Below are positions 1 through 8,201 of a DNA stretch of 64,000 bases, in pieces. A model generated the notes under the pieces. The model had not been told where the DNA came from and ran no database searches. It worked only from the letters and a program-made list of their open reading frames with translations. The position numbers and the translations under genes are program-made. This DNA is from an uncultured virus (IMG/VR IMGVR_UViG_3300042368_001196) (lineage: Duplodnaviria; Heunggongvirae; Uroviricota; Caudoviricetes): the IMG/VR virus record IMGVR_UViG_3300042368_001196; one strand, 5' to 3'. The first letter of the stretch is position 1. Each line of letters opens with the position of its first letter.

Positions 1-17
1 CCGAAGCCGGTGGCACT

Positions 18-1193
18 ATGACTTTCGACGCGGCTCGTTCGCTGTCGGAAGCCTTCAACTCGATCGGCAAAGAGCCCACCGCTCCCACGCCCGAGGCACC
101 CAAGGCGGAAGCCCCCAAGGCTCCCGAAACCAAAACCGAAGCACCTAAAGCGGAACCCGTTGCGGAACCGACCAAAGAAGAAGCCCCGGCTACGGCCGAT
201 GCCGATGCTTTGGCTGAACTCCTGGGCGGACCGAAGAAAGCCGAGGCCAAGCCGGAGCCGGACGACGCACCTCCCGAAGGGGCGATGACCGAAGGTGCCA
301 CGAAGAAGTGGGCCGAGCAGCGCAAGGCTCTCAAGGAGGAGCGCCGTCGCCGTGAGGAACTTGAAGCCAAGGTGGCCGAACTGGAGAAGAAGTCGACCGA
401 TGTCGCACCCGACGAGGTCAAAGCTCTCCGTGAAACGGTCGATGCCTACGAACGTGAGCTTCAAATCGCCCGAGTCGAGGCGACCAAGGAATTCAAAGAT
501 GCGGTCGCGGTGCCGCGTGAACGGATCAACGGGCAACTCGAAGCCTTCGCCAAGAAGTATGAGTTCCGTGAGGCCGACGCCCGTGTAGCGTTTGCCGAAG
601 CCGATCCGGAGAAGCAGACCGAGCTACTCGTCGATATGGCCAGCGGCATGAATGACCGCGACCGGATGCGCTTCTACGCGATGGCGGAAGAATGGCAGAA
701 GGTCGAGGGCATCGCCAACAAGGTGCGCCACAATGCGAAGCTCGCTCTGGAGAAGATCCAAGAACATCACACCGAGCAGCAGAAAGCGTTCATCGAGCAG
801 CGCAACAAGCAGTATCGGGGAGCCCTGGAGAAGATCTGGGGCGATGTCTCCGAGAAAGCTCCGCTCTTCCGCCGCCGTGAAGGCGACGATGCGTGGAACC
901 AGAAGATCGGGGAGATCGAGCAATTCGCCACGGGGCTGGATTGGAACGTGGTGGCCGACAGCGACCAAGCACGGGCCGAAGTCGCTCTCCGGGCCGCAGC
1001 CTCGCCCTTCCTCTATGGGTTGGTGCAGCAGCTATTCGCCAAGACGGCCGAGCTAAACAAGACCCTCTCGAAATACCAGAGCGCGAAGCCTGGTGCGGGT
1101 GGGGGAGCAGCCGACCCGATCGTGGGCAGCGGCCAAGAGGAGAAGGTCGAGCACGAGGACTTCTTCTCGGCGATCAAGTCGGGGTTATCTTAA
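18..1193 (+). CDS. Putative capsid scaffolding protein (may be 5'-truncated by the window edge)
   Basis: Pro/Ala/Glu-rich N-terminus and long coiled coil, directly upstream of the capsid gene; the frame is open back to the window start. Confidence 0.55.
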   Translation: MTFDAARSLSEAFNSIGKEPTAPTPEAPKAEAPKAPETKTEAPKAEPVAEPTKEEAPATADADALAELLGGPKKAEAKPEPDDAPPEGAMTEGATKKWAEQRKALKEERRRREELEAKVAELEKKSTDVAPDEVKALRETVDAYERELQIARVEATKEFKDAVAVPRERINGQLEAFAKKYEFREADARVAFAEADPEKQTELLVDMASGMNDRDRMRFYAMAEEWQKVEGIANKVRHNAKLALEKIQEHHTEQQKAFIEQRNKQYRGALEKIWGDVSEKAPLFRRREGDDAWNQKIGEIEQFATGLDWNVVADSDQARAEVALRAAASPFLYGLVQQLFAKTAELNKTLSKYQSAKPGAGGGAADPIVGSGQEEKVEHEDFFSAIKSGLS

Positions 1194-1224
1194 AATCCCT
1201 CCGGAAACTTCGGTGACCGGACGC

Positions 1225-1261
1225 GAGGGAGGGGGACATTTTGCCCCCTCCCTTTGCATTT
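1225..1261 (+). terminator. Probable intrinsic terminator
   Basis: GAGGGAGGGGG-acatttt-GCCCCCTCCCTT hairpin followed by a T-rich tract, just after the stop. Confidence 0.55.
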
Positions 1262-1277
1262 ATAATAACCCCGTAAT

Positions 1278-1305
1278 TTGACAACCCCTTAACCGAGCGT
1301 AACTT
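1278..1305 (+). promoter_or_regulatory. Sigma70-like promoter for the capsid operon
   Basis: TTGACA-N16-TAACTT about 190 nt upstream of the capsid ATG. Confidence 0.5.
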
Positions 1306-1492
1306 AGTCTCACGTTTACGGGTAGCGGTAATCATCCGGTAGAAATCAGAAAAGATAGGTTCGCGAGGAAGCCCGATCCGCGACGGGAAGAGAAAAGCAA
1401 AATCGTGGTGTTGTTACTAGCCTCGGACCGCATGTGCGTCTCCCGATCAAGGCAGAGTAATAACCCCACAAATTAGGAGAAAAACAAGCATT

Positions 1493-2668
1493 ATGTCTTG
1501 CAATAATATTGAAGCTCTCTTCGTGGAACATGCCGGCCTCATCCGGAACAATGTCTCGAAGAACATCATCAACTCCGATTTCTACCTGAAGTATCTGCCG
1601 CGTGAGCAGTGGATGGACGGGCAAGGAACGGAATATAGTTACCCGATCTATGAGCGCACGCTCTCGTCCAGCCCGGTTTCTTTCACTTCGTGGGAGTCCT
1701 CGGATGGCGAAGCGGGTGGCACTTGCGGAACTGCCGGTCAGTCGATCGACAACTTCGGCATCACCCTGCGCCAGACCAGCCTCAAAAAGGCCGCGCTGAA
1801 CTCGCCCGACATCTGTCTGGACGATCTTCAGTTCGCTTGGCAGGTCGAAGATCAGGTCAAAAACATCGTTCGCGTTCTTTCCGAGAACACGAAATGGGTT
1901 TGGACCAACGCTTATCAGGACGAGTATATCGACGCTTGCGGCACCAAAATGGTCGCGGCCCCGAACCTCCCGTCCGGTAGTGCGACCTTCCCTGTCACAC
2001 CCGCTACTTCTAAATTGACTTGGGGTATCCTCGAGGCGATTTACGAACAGTTGGGCTACGCAGGCGGTGGCATCAATCCGTTCGCCCGTGTCGACGAGAT
2101 GACCCCCATCTACGCGGCAGTCGGCGAGCGTTTCACGTTCCATGACCTCAAGCGTCAAGACGCCAACACCCGTGACGACTTCCGTTACGCTTTCGAAGGA
2201 TCGGAGACCCAGTCCCCGATGCTTGGAGCGCCCGGTCTGTCCGGCGTGTATCGCGGCTTCCGCTTCTTCACGGTTGAATTCCCGCCCCGCTACGACTTCG
2301 TCGGCGGTGCATGGGTTCGCCGTCAGCCGTTCGCGTCGACCCCGACGACGAAGGGTGACAAGTGGGAAGTTTCGGATGCTTACAAGAATGCGGAATACAC
2401 CGACACCGTGATTTATCACGCTGACGTGTTGAAGGTTCTTGTGCCCAAGCCGAAAGCAGCCAGCCCGATGAAATACAATCCCCAGTATAGCTGGACCGGA
2501 GAATTTGTTTTCCGGAACATCCCTTCGAGGGATTGTAACGTCGATTCTAATATCGGCTTCTTCCGCGCCCTGTTCGCCTACGGCCCGAAAGTTGAGCGCC
2601 CTGACCTCGGCTTTGTGGTTCGCCACAAACGCTGCCAGCGTGCCCTCGACTTGGTCGCTTGCTACTAA
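1493..2668 (+). CDS. Major capsid protein
   Basis: 391 aa, AGGAG RBS, strongly biased codons, sits between scaffold and tail genes, followed by a UUCG hairpin. Confidence 0.75.
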   Translation: MSCNNIEALFVEHAGLIRNNVSKNIINSDFYLKYLPREQWMDGQGTEYSYPIYERTLSSSPVSFTSWESSDGEAGGTCGTAGQSIDNFGITLRQTSLKKAALNSPDICLDDLQFAWQVEDQVKNIVRVLSENTKWVWTNAYQDEYIDACGTKMVAAPNLPSGSATFPVTPATSKLTWGILEAIYEQLGYAGGGINPFARVDEMTPIYAAVGERFTFHDLKRQDANTRDDFRYAFEGSETQSPMLGAPGLSGVYRGFRFFTVEFPPRYDFVGGAWVRRQPFASTPTTKGDKWEVSDAYKNAEYTDTVIYHADVLKVLVPKPKAASPMKYNPQYSWTGEFVFRNIPSRDCNVDSNIGFFRALFAYGPKVERPDLGFVVRHKRCQRALDLVACY

Positions 2669-2685
2669 GAGGTAGCACCTCACAT

Positions 2686-2713
2686 CACTCTGGGAGCTTC
2701 GGCTCCCAGGGTG
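2686..2713 (+). terminator. Stable C(UUCG)G hairpin after the capsid gene (terminator or mRNA stabiliser)
   Basis: CACTCTGGGAGC-TTCG-GCTCCCAGGGTG; no U-tract. Confidence 0.5.
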
Positions 2714-2759
2714 CCAGAGGCGCTGCATTAAAGTAACGTCGATCAAGAAAACCAATATT

Positions 2760-2990
2760 ATGAAATTCCCTATTCCCGAAGGCATGGTTCCGCCCGATGG
2801 CGTGACCGAAGGCTCCACCTTTGATGCGCTGGCTACCCTGCGCCTCGAAGCTGACGGACTCACCTTGGTCGCCGTTGACGGTCTTCCCGTCGCCGAGACC
2901 GAAGCTGACGACGCCGAGGACATGGCCGAAGCCGCTGGTGAAGAGATGGGCTTCGACGAAGCCATCCGCGCCGGAATGACGGAGGAATAA
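2760..2990 (+). CDS. Small acidic hypothetical protein
   Basis: 76-aa ORF filling the gap between capsid and nozzle genes. Confidence 0.7.
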   Translation: MKFPIPEGMVPPDGVTEGSTFDALATLRLEADGLTLVAVDGLPVAETEADDAEDMAEAAGEEMGFDEAIRAGMTEE

Positions 2991-2994
2991 TCCC

Positions 2995-5832
2995 GTGATC
3001 GCCGATACGGAGCGTCTCATCGACGGCTTCCGCGGCCTTCCGGCGGGAATGGACGGCTCGAAGGAGCCGCCCCAGACACCAAGCGAAGCCGCTTGGTATG
3101 CCACTAACGTCACGTTCCGCGGCGGCAACGGTCCGCGCACCCGTCCTGGGTTTCGTGAGATCCCGCCGACCTACTGGCGCAATCCGCGTCCTGTGCAGAC
3201 GGTGACGATTTCGATTGCTGGCGGTAAAGCGACAGTCTCGGCCACGGCCCACGGCTACGACAACCAAGACCAAGTCACGATCGCAGGGGCTACTCCGGCA
3301 GGGATCAACGGCACCCATCGGATCACGATCGTCGATGCGAATTCCTACACTTTCCCTACCTCTGTGACTGGTTCGGTTACAGGCACGATCACCGCACGCC
3401 GCGATGTCGACTCTACTTACCAAGACGACTTGATCGACGGTGACACCAGCCGGAATCGCGTCTCCGACATTACCGGAGCGATCCTGATCCAAGGGGCAAT
3501 CGTCTACCAAGATCCCCGCGAGGGAAACCCCGCTCAGATGATTGTTGTGGCCGACGGCAAGATCTACACGCTGAACTTCGAGAACGCTTCGTGCTATCTC
3601 TTAAACCCGACCGATGAGATTTCTGATGACGTTCCGGTCTATATGACCCAAGCGGAGAAGTTCCTCATCATCCAGACGGGGAAAGACGAGCCCCGAGTCT
3701 ATGACGGCTACGTCCTCCGCCGCGCCAGCTACTACGGATCACGAGTGATCCCGATCGGGAAACAGATGTCTTACGGGCAGGGGCGGCTTTTCGTCGCAGT
3801 GAACGAAGGAGCCGAAATTATTGCCGGCGACCTGGTGTTTGGCGGCTCCACGACCAACGTGGCGATCACCAGTTCGAGCGCGGCCAATCCGAGCGTCATC
3901 ACGACCGCAAGCGCCCACGGCTTTGTCGCGGGAGATCAGATCACGATTCAAGGTCACAGCAGCACGCCGCCGATCAATTCGACTTACACCGTAGCGACGG
4001 CACCGAGCACGACTACGTTTACAATTCCTGTCGCAGTGACCAGCGCGGGCAGTGGGGGCTTTGTCAGCCGATTCAATGCAGGCCAAGACAGCGACCTTCT
4101 TCGATTTACCGAGAATACATTCCTCAACGAGGGTGGCAGCTTCGCCCCGACCGGCAAACTCGGCCGGATTACAGGGCTTGTCTTTCTTCCGGTGCAGGAC
4201 ACGTCGACCGGACAAGGCGACTTGATCGCGTTCTGCGAGCGCGGTGCGGTGACCTTCCAAGTCTCTGCCCCCCGCGATCAATGGAAGAATACCCAAGGAT
4301 TCCAGCGCGTGCTTTTCGACAACATTGGATCGACCAGCGACAGCGTCATTCCGATCAACGGCGACTTGTTTTTCCGCAGTAGAGAAGGCAACGGCATCCG
4401 CACCTACCGCAACGCCAGGGCCGAGGCTGACAACTATGGTCTGACCCCAGTGAGTGCGGAGATTGATCCCGTGCTCAAGCAGGATACCCAGTGGATGCTC
4501 GACGGAGTGACCTTCGCCAACTTCGACAACCGTCTTTTAATGACGTGTCTTCCCAAGCAATACCCGCGCCGTGCGGCCAACCAAACTCAGGCTGATACCT
4601 TTGCATCCGAGCCAATCCCGACACTCTACGACGGTATCGCCGTGCTCGATTTCCAATCCGTCTCTACGGGGCGGGGCAAAGCCGCCGCAGTCTTCGACGG
4701 GGTCTGGACGGGGTTGCGTATCCATCAACTTCTACAAGGCACGTTCGACGGAGAGCCCAAGTGCTTTGCCATCTGCCTGCATTCCGACGAGACCGGACGA
4801 CGCAACGAGATCTGGGAGATCAGCCGCAACGACGAATATGATACCCCGATCGAGGGACCACGGGTCATCAATTCGAGTATCGTGACCAAGGCTTACGATT
4901 TTGAAGACAACATGAGCCTCAAGAAGTTGCTGCGTTGTGACTTGTGGTTCGATGACATCGGTGGTGGGCCGGACAACATTTTCACTTCTTCGCTGGCCTA
5001 CCGGCCCGACGACTACCCGAACTTCACGACATGGCAGACGTTCCAGCGCAACTTCGTTACCGAGTTCCTGCTTCAGGATAAGAACCTGCTTTTCTTCACC
5101 GAGGCAATCGACAACGCGGTATGGACCAAGACCAATGCGACGGTGGTGTTCGACCAAGTGGCCAACCCGCTCGGGGAACTGATCGATGCCGACAAGCTGG
5201 TCGATGATTCCACCAACGGCCCCCACAGCGCGACTGACACCAGCCCGACCTTGGTCTCCGGTGCCGCCTACACTTTTTCTATCTACGCCAAACCCGACGA
5301 GCGCAACCGCATCTATCTGCGGATGAACAGCACAGGTTCGGCCTTCAGCGCCAACAGGGAAGCATGGTTCCATCTGAGCGGGGTCGCCGGAACAGCGAGC
5401 AATGCCAGCGCCGGAACGACCGCACGGATCGAGGCGCTCGACAATGGCTGGTATCGCTGCTCGATCACCGCCACGACCAATGGCGCAGGGTCGACTGAGT
5501 GCGTGATTGGCTTGGCAACTACGGCGGGAAGCGTGACTTACGTGGGTGATGGATTCGCTGGAGCCTACGTTTGGGGAGCCCAGTTGGAACAGGCCAACAC
5601 CGCCTCGCCTTACGATCCCGACCCACCGCAGCTTCTCAATTATTCTCGCGGCTATGCCCCGCAAGTCCGCTTCCCGACCCCACCCAGGACAGCCAACTTG
5701 GCGACCGACGTGCCCGCCTACTTGGGCCATGACTTCACGCTACGTGTCGAGTGGGCCGGACACGCCCGGCTCGGCCGGCTCATGCTGCACGGTCAAAAGG
5801 TCGTCGAAGCCGTAAACGGAGGATCCTTATGA
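2995..5832 (+). CDS. Tail tubular/nozzle (stabilisation) protein with inserted beta domains
   Basis: 945 aa with a beta-propeller-like composition; two FCCH-like repeats (TAHGYDNQDQVTI, AHGFVAGDQITI) and a CBM-like insert (NLLFFTE...GAQLE). Confidence 0.65.
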   Translation: MIADTERLIDGFRGLPAGMDGSKEPPQTPSEAAWYATNVTFRGGNGPRTRPGFREIPPTYWRNPRPVQTVTISIAGGKATVSATAHGYDNQDQVTIAGATPAGINGTHRITIVDANSYTFPTSVTGSVTGTITARRDVDSTYQDDLIDGDTSRNRVSDITGAILIQGAIVYQDPREGNPAQMIVVADGKIYTLNFENASCYLLNPTDEISDDVPVYMTQAEKFLIIQTGKDEPRVYDGYVLRRASYYGSRVIPIGKQMSYGQGRLFVAVNEGAEIIAGDLVFGGSTTNVAITSSSAANPSVITTASAHGFVAGDQITIQGHSSTPPINSTYTVATAPSTTTFTIPVAVTSAGSGGFVSRFNAGQDSDLLRFTENTFLNEGGSFAPTGKLGRITGLVFLPVQDTSTGQGDLIAFCERGAVTFQVSAPRDQWKNTQGFQRVLFDNIGSTSDSVIPINGDLFFRSREGNGIRTYRNARAEADNYGLTPVSAEIDPVLKQDTQWMLDGVTFANFDNRLLMTCLPKQYPRRAANQTQADTFASEPIPTLYDGIAVLDFQSVSTGRGKAAAVFDGVWTGLRIHQLLQGTFDGEPKCFAICLHSDETGRRNEIWEISRNDEYDTPIEGPRVINSSIVTKAYDFEDNMSLKKLLRCDLWFDDIGGGPDNIFTSSLAYRPDDYPNFTTWQTFQRNFVTEFLLQDKNLLFFTEAIDNAVWTKTNATVVFDQVANPLGELIDADKLVDDSTNGPHSATDTSPTLVSGAAYTFSIYAKPDERNRIYLRMNSTGSAFSANREAWFHLSGVAGTASNASAGTTARIEALDNGWYRCSITATTNGAGSTECVIGLATTAGSVTYVGDGFAGAYVWGAQLEQANTASPYDPDPPQLLNYSRGYAPQVRFPTPPRTANLATDVPAYLGHDFTLRVEWAGHARLGRLMLHGQKVVEAVNGGSL

Positions 5833-5990
5833 GCGCCGACCCGAAAATCCTCAGAACCTTGGATACTGACATCGAGGCCGACCAGAATTCTTGGAACGAC
5901 TTGCCTGACGGCTACGCCCTCCAGATTCAGACTTCCCCCGACCACGAACTCCTTTTGGATGACGAGGGCAACCAGTTGCTCATCCAGTAA
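5829..5990 (+). CDS. Small acidic hypothetical protein (53 aa)
   Basis: ATGA overlap with the upstream stop; MSADPKILRT... Confidence 0.55.
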   Translation: MSADPKILRTLDTDIEADQNSWNDLPDGYALQIQTSPDHELLLDDEGNQLLIQ

Positions 5991-6011
5991 TAACCGCGTA
6001 ATTTAAGAACA

Positions 6012-7775
6012 ATGGCCACCTCCTATACCTCTGACAAGAAAATCGGCGCGTTAGACCCTATTACAGGATCGCTTTCAGCCACCGATGAATTTGTCGTGAA
6101 CAAGAACGGGGACACCCTCAAAACCTCAGTATCCCAAGTCGAGGAGGCAATGTTTGCCGCCAAGACTTCAGGAGGCACACCGCAGTCGGGTGACGTGATC
6201 GTAGTTCGCCGCGGATCGTTGATCCGTCAGTTAGAGACTCAAAACATGATCCCGAATGGGTCGATTGGTAATGACCAAATTTCGACCGACCCGCTTAAAA
6301 GCATCGTCGACAGCAAGCTGTCTAAAATCACCACGGCGGGTAAGGTGGGCGGTGGAGCCATTGTCGATGGCACTATCGCCGGCTCAACGATAATCAATAC
6401 AAGCGGAGCCATTGCGACGAGCGGTGGAATCAGTGGAACCCTGACAGGAACCCTGACAGGAAACGTGACAGGAAACGTGACAGGAAACGTGACAGGAAAC
6501 GTGACAGGAAACGCTGGAACGGCGTCTACCCTGCAAACGGCTCGCACGATTGCGATCAGCGGCGATGTGACCGGAACGGCGACTTCGTTCAATGGTTCGG
6601 CTAACATCTCTATCCCCACCGCGATTACCGCCGATTCTATCGTCAATGCCGACATCAATTCCGCAGCGGGAATTACTGACGGAAAGTTGGCGACGATCGC
6701 CACGGCCGGTAAGGTGAGCAACTCCGCGACGACCGCAACGAGTGCGAATACAGCCAATGCGATCGTAGCTCGGGACGCCAGTGGAAATTTCTCGGCAGGG
6801 ACGATTACGGCAAATGTCACAGGCAATGTCACAGGCAATGTCACAGGCAATGTCTCCGGCAACGCCGGAACGGTTACCAATGGTCTATACACCAATGCAG
6901 TGCAGACCAACACTGCCCAGAAAAGTTTTCAAGCGGGGAATAGTGGGATGGCGACCGCAACAGGTGGGCTTAACACATTAGAAGTTCTTGGGACTGGTGG
7001 TGCAGCCATGCTTACTTTCCACCGACCCGGATCGCACGCGACGTATGTTGGCATCGATTCAGACAACCAACTTAAAGTCGGAGGTTGGTCGCTGGGTGCA
7101 GCGGCTTTTCCGATTTTAACCTCCGGTAATTACAACAGCTATGCGCCTACACTCACTGGGGGTGGGGCTTCCGGAGCTTGGGGTATTCGGGCATACCCTC
7201 GTCGTTCGGACGGTGGAGATATCAACTTTTTCTGGAATGGCCAAAGCGGTCAACCGCCTTGGCTTTGGGGTTCATCTGACGGCCAAAACTTCTATGTATG
7301 GAACCCGTCTAATTTCAATGTGAATTATGCCAATAGCGCGGGGAATGGCGTTCCTCCGGGAGCCATAATGCCCTTCGCCATGAACAGTGCCCCCGCTGGC
7401 TGGCTGGCAGCAAACGGCACCGCCGTAAGCCGCAGCACCTACGCCGCGCTCTTTGCCGCCATCAGCACGACCTACGGAGCCGGAAACGGTAGCACGACTT
7501 TTGCTCTGCCCGACCTTCGCGGCTACTTTGTGCGCGGCAGTGGAACCAACAGCGATGGCACGGCGTCAGGCGCGTTTGGGGCAAAGCAGACGGATGAATT
7601 TAAGAGCCACCAACACACCTCGGGATACCACATTGTCACAACTGGAGGATACGGTCAAACAAATACCGGCAGCACCTTTGCGACTTCAACTGGGACCGGA
7701 ACTAATACTAATGCAACAGGGGGAACCGAAACCCGCCCGAAGAACATCGCCATGCTCTATTGCATCAAATTCTAA
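6012..7775 (+). CDS. Tail fibre with C-terminal tail collar domain
   Basis: GNVT repeats; collar motifs VPPGAIMPFA..AGWLAANG..YAALFAAI..FALPDLRGYFVRG and ETRPKNIAMLYCIK. Confidence 0.9.
   Translation: MATSYTSDKKIGALDPITGSLSATDEFVVNKNGDTLKTSVSQVEEAMFAAKTSGGTPQSGDVIVVRRGSLIRQLETQNMIPNGSIGNDQISTDPLKSIVDSKLSKITTAGKVGGGAIVDGTIAGSTIINTSGAIATSGGISGTLTGTLTGNVTGNVTGNVTGNVTGNAGTASTLQTARTIAISGDVTGTATSFNGSANISIPTAITADSIVNADINSAAGITDGKLATIATAGKVSNSATTATSANTANAIVARDASGNFSAGTITANVTGNVTGNVTGNVSGNAGTVTNGLYTNAVQTNTAQKSFQAGNSGMATATGGLNTLEVLGTGGAAMLTFHRPGSHATYVGIDSDNQLKVGGWSLGAAAFPILTSGNYNSYAPTLTGGGASGAWGIRAYPRRSDGGDINFFWNGQSGQPPWLWGSSDGQNFYVWNPSNFNVNYANSAGNGVPPGAIMPFAMNSAPAGWLAANGTAVSRSTYAALFAAISTTYGAGNGSTTFALPDLRGYFVRGSGTNSDGTASGAFGAKQTDEFKSHQHTSGYHIVTTGGYGQTNTGSTFATSTGTGTNTNATGGTETRPKNIAMLYCIKF
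6435..6513 (+). repeat. 12-bp tandem repeat (GGAAACGTGACA x4 plus variants)
   Basis: Seen directly; encodes GTLT/GNVT. Confidence 0.9.
6813..6862 (+). repeat. 12-bp tandem repeat (AATGTCACAGGC x3-4)
   Basis: Seen directly; encodes NVTG. Confidence 0.85.
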
Positions 7776-7781
7776 TAGTTT

Positions 7782-8201
7782 ATGGCACTAATCCCAGGAA
7801 CACTCCCCAACGGAACCAAGTATCCCAACGACCCGCAGTCGTTGCTGGATACCTTTGCGTCCTACCTCACGGCACCTGAAGCCAAGAAGAACCGTCCTAC
7901 GGTCAGCGTGGTTACGCCGACGGGTGGTGGAACGATCACGTTCAACTCTGGCGGTCAAGATGAGACAATTTATCTAGACCATGATCCTGCGATCACGGGT
8001 CTCACCGTAGTGTTCCCAACTAACAGCACGAGTGTCGTTGGGCAGAATATTCGTGTGTGGCCCCGCACGGCGGTCAACGCCACGGTGTCTTACACCCTCG
8101 GCGGGCAGACCGTGCGAGGAACCAACCCGACTGCTTTAGTCGCAAGCACCAACTACGAGTGGCAAAAGGTGGCCAATAACACCTGGATCCGTGTCCACTA
8201 A
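7782..8201 (+). CDS. Putative virion structural protein
   Basis: 139 aa, Thr/Val-rich beta protein inside the tail cluster. Confidence 0.55.
   Translation: MALIPGTLPNGTKYPNDPQSLLDTFASYLTAPEAKKNRPTVSVVTPTGGGTITFNSGGQDETIYLDHDPAITGLTVVFPTNSTSVVGQNIRVWPRTAVNATVSYTLGGQTVRGTNPTALVASTNYEWQKVANNTWIRVH

Noticed and set aside
1346..2965. 539-aa antisense ORF over the capsid gene, and similar long antisense ORFs (23469-25028, 56264-57418, 43636-44799, 61907-62986)
   Set aside because: Shadow ORFs expected from high-GC codon bias; no motifs or RBS
6012..7775. Diversity-generating retroelement or invertible tail fibre tip
   Set aside because: No reverse transcriptase, template repeat, invertase or alternative tip cassette was seen
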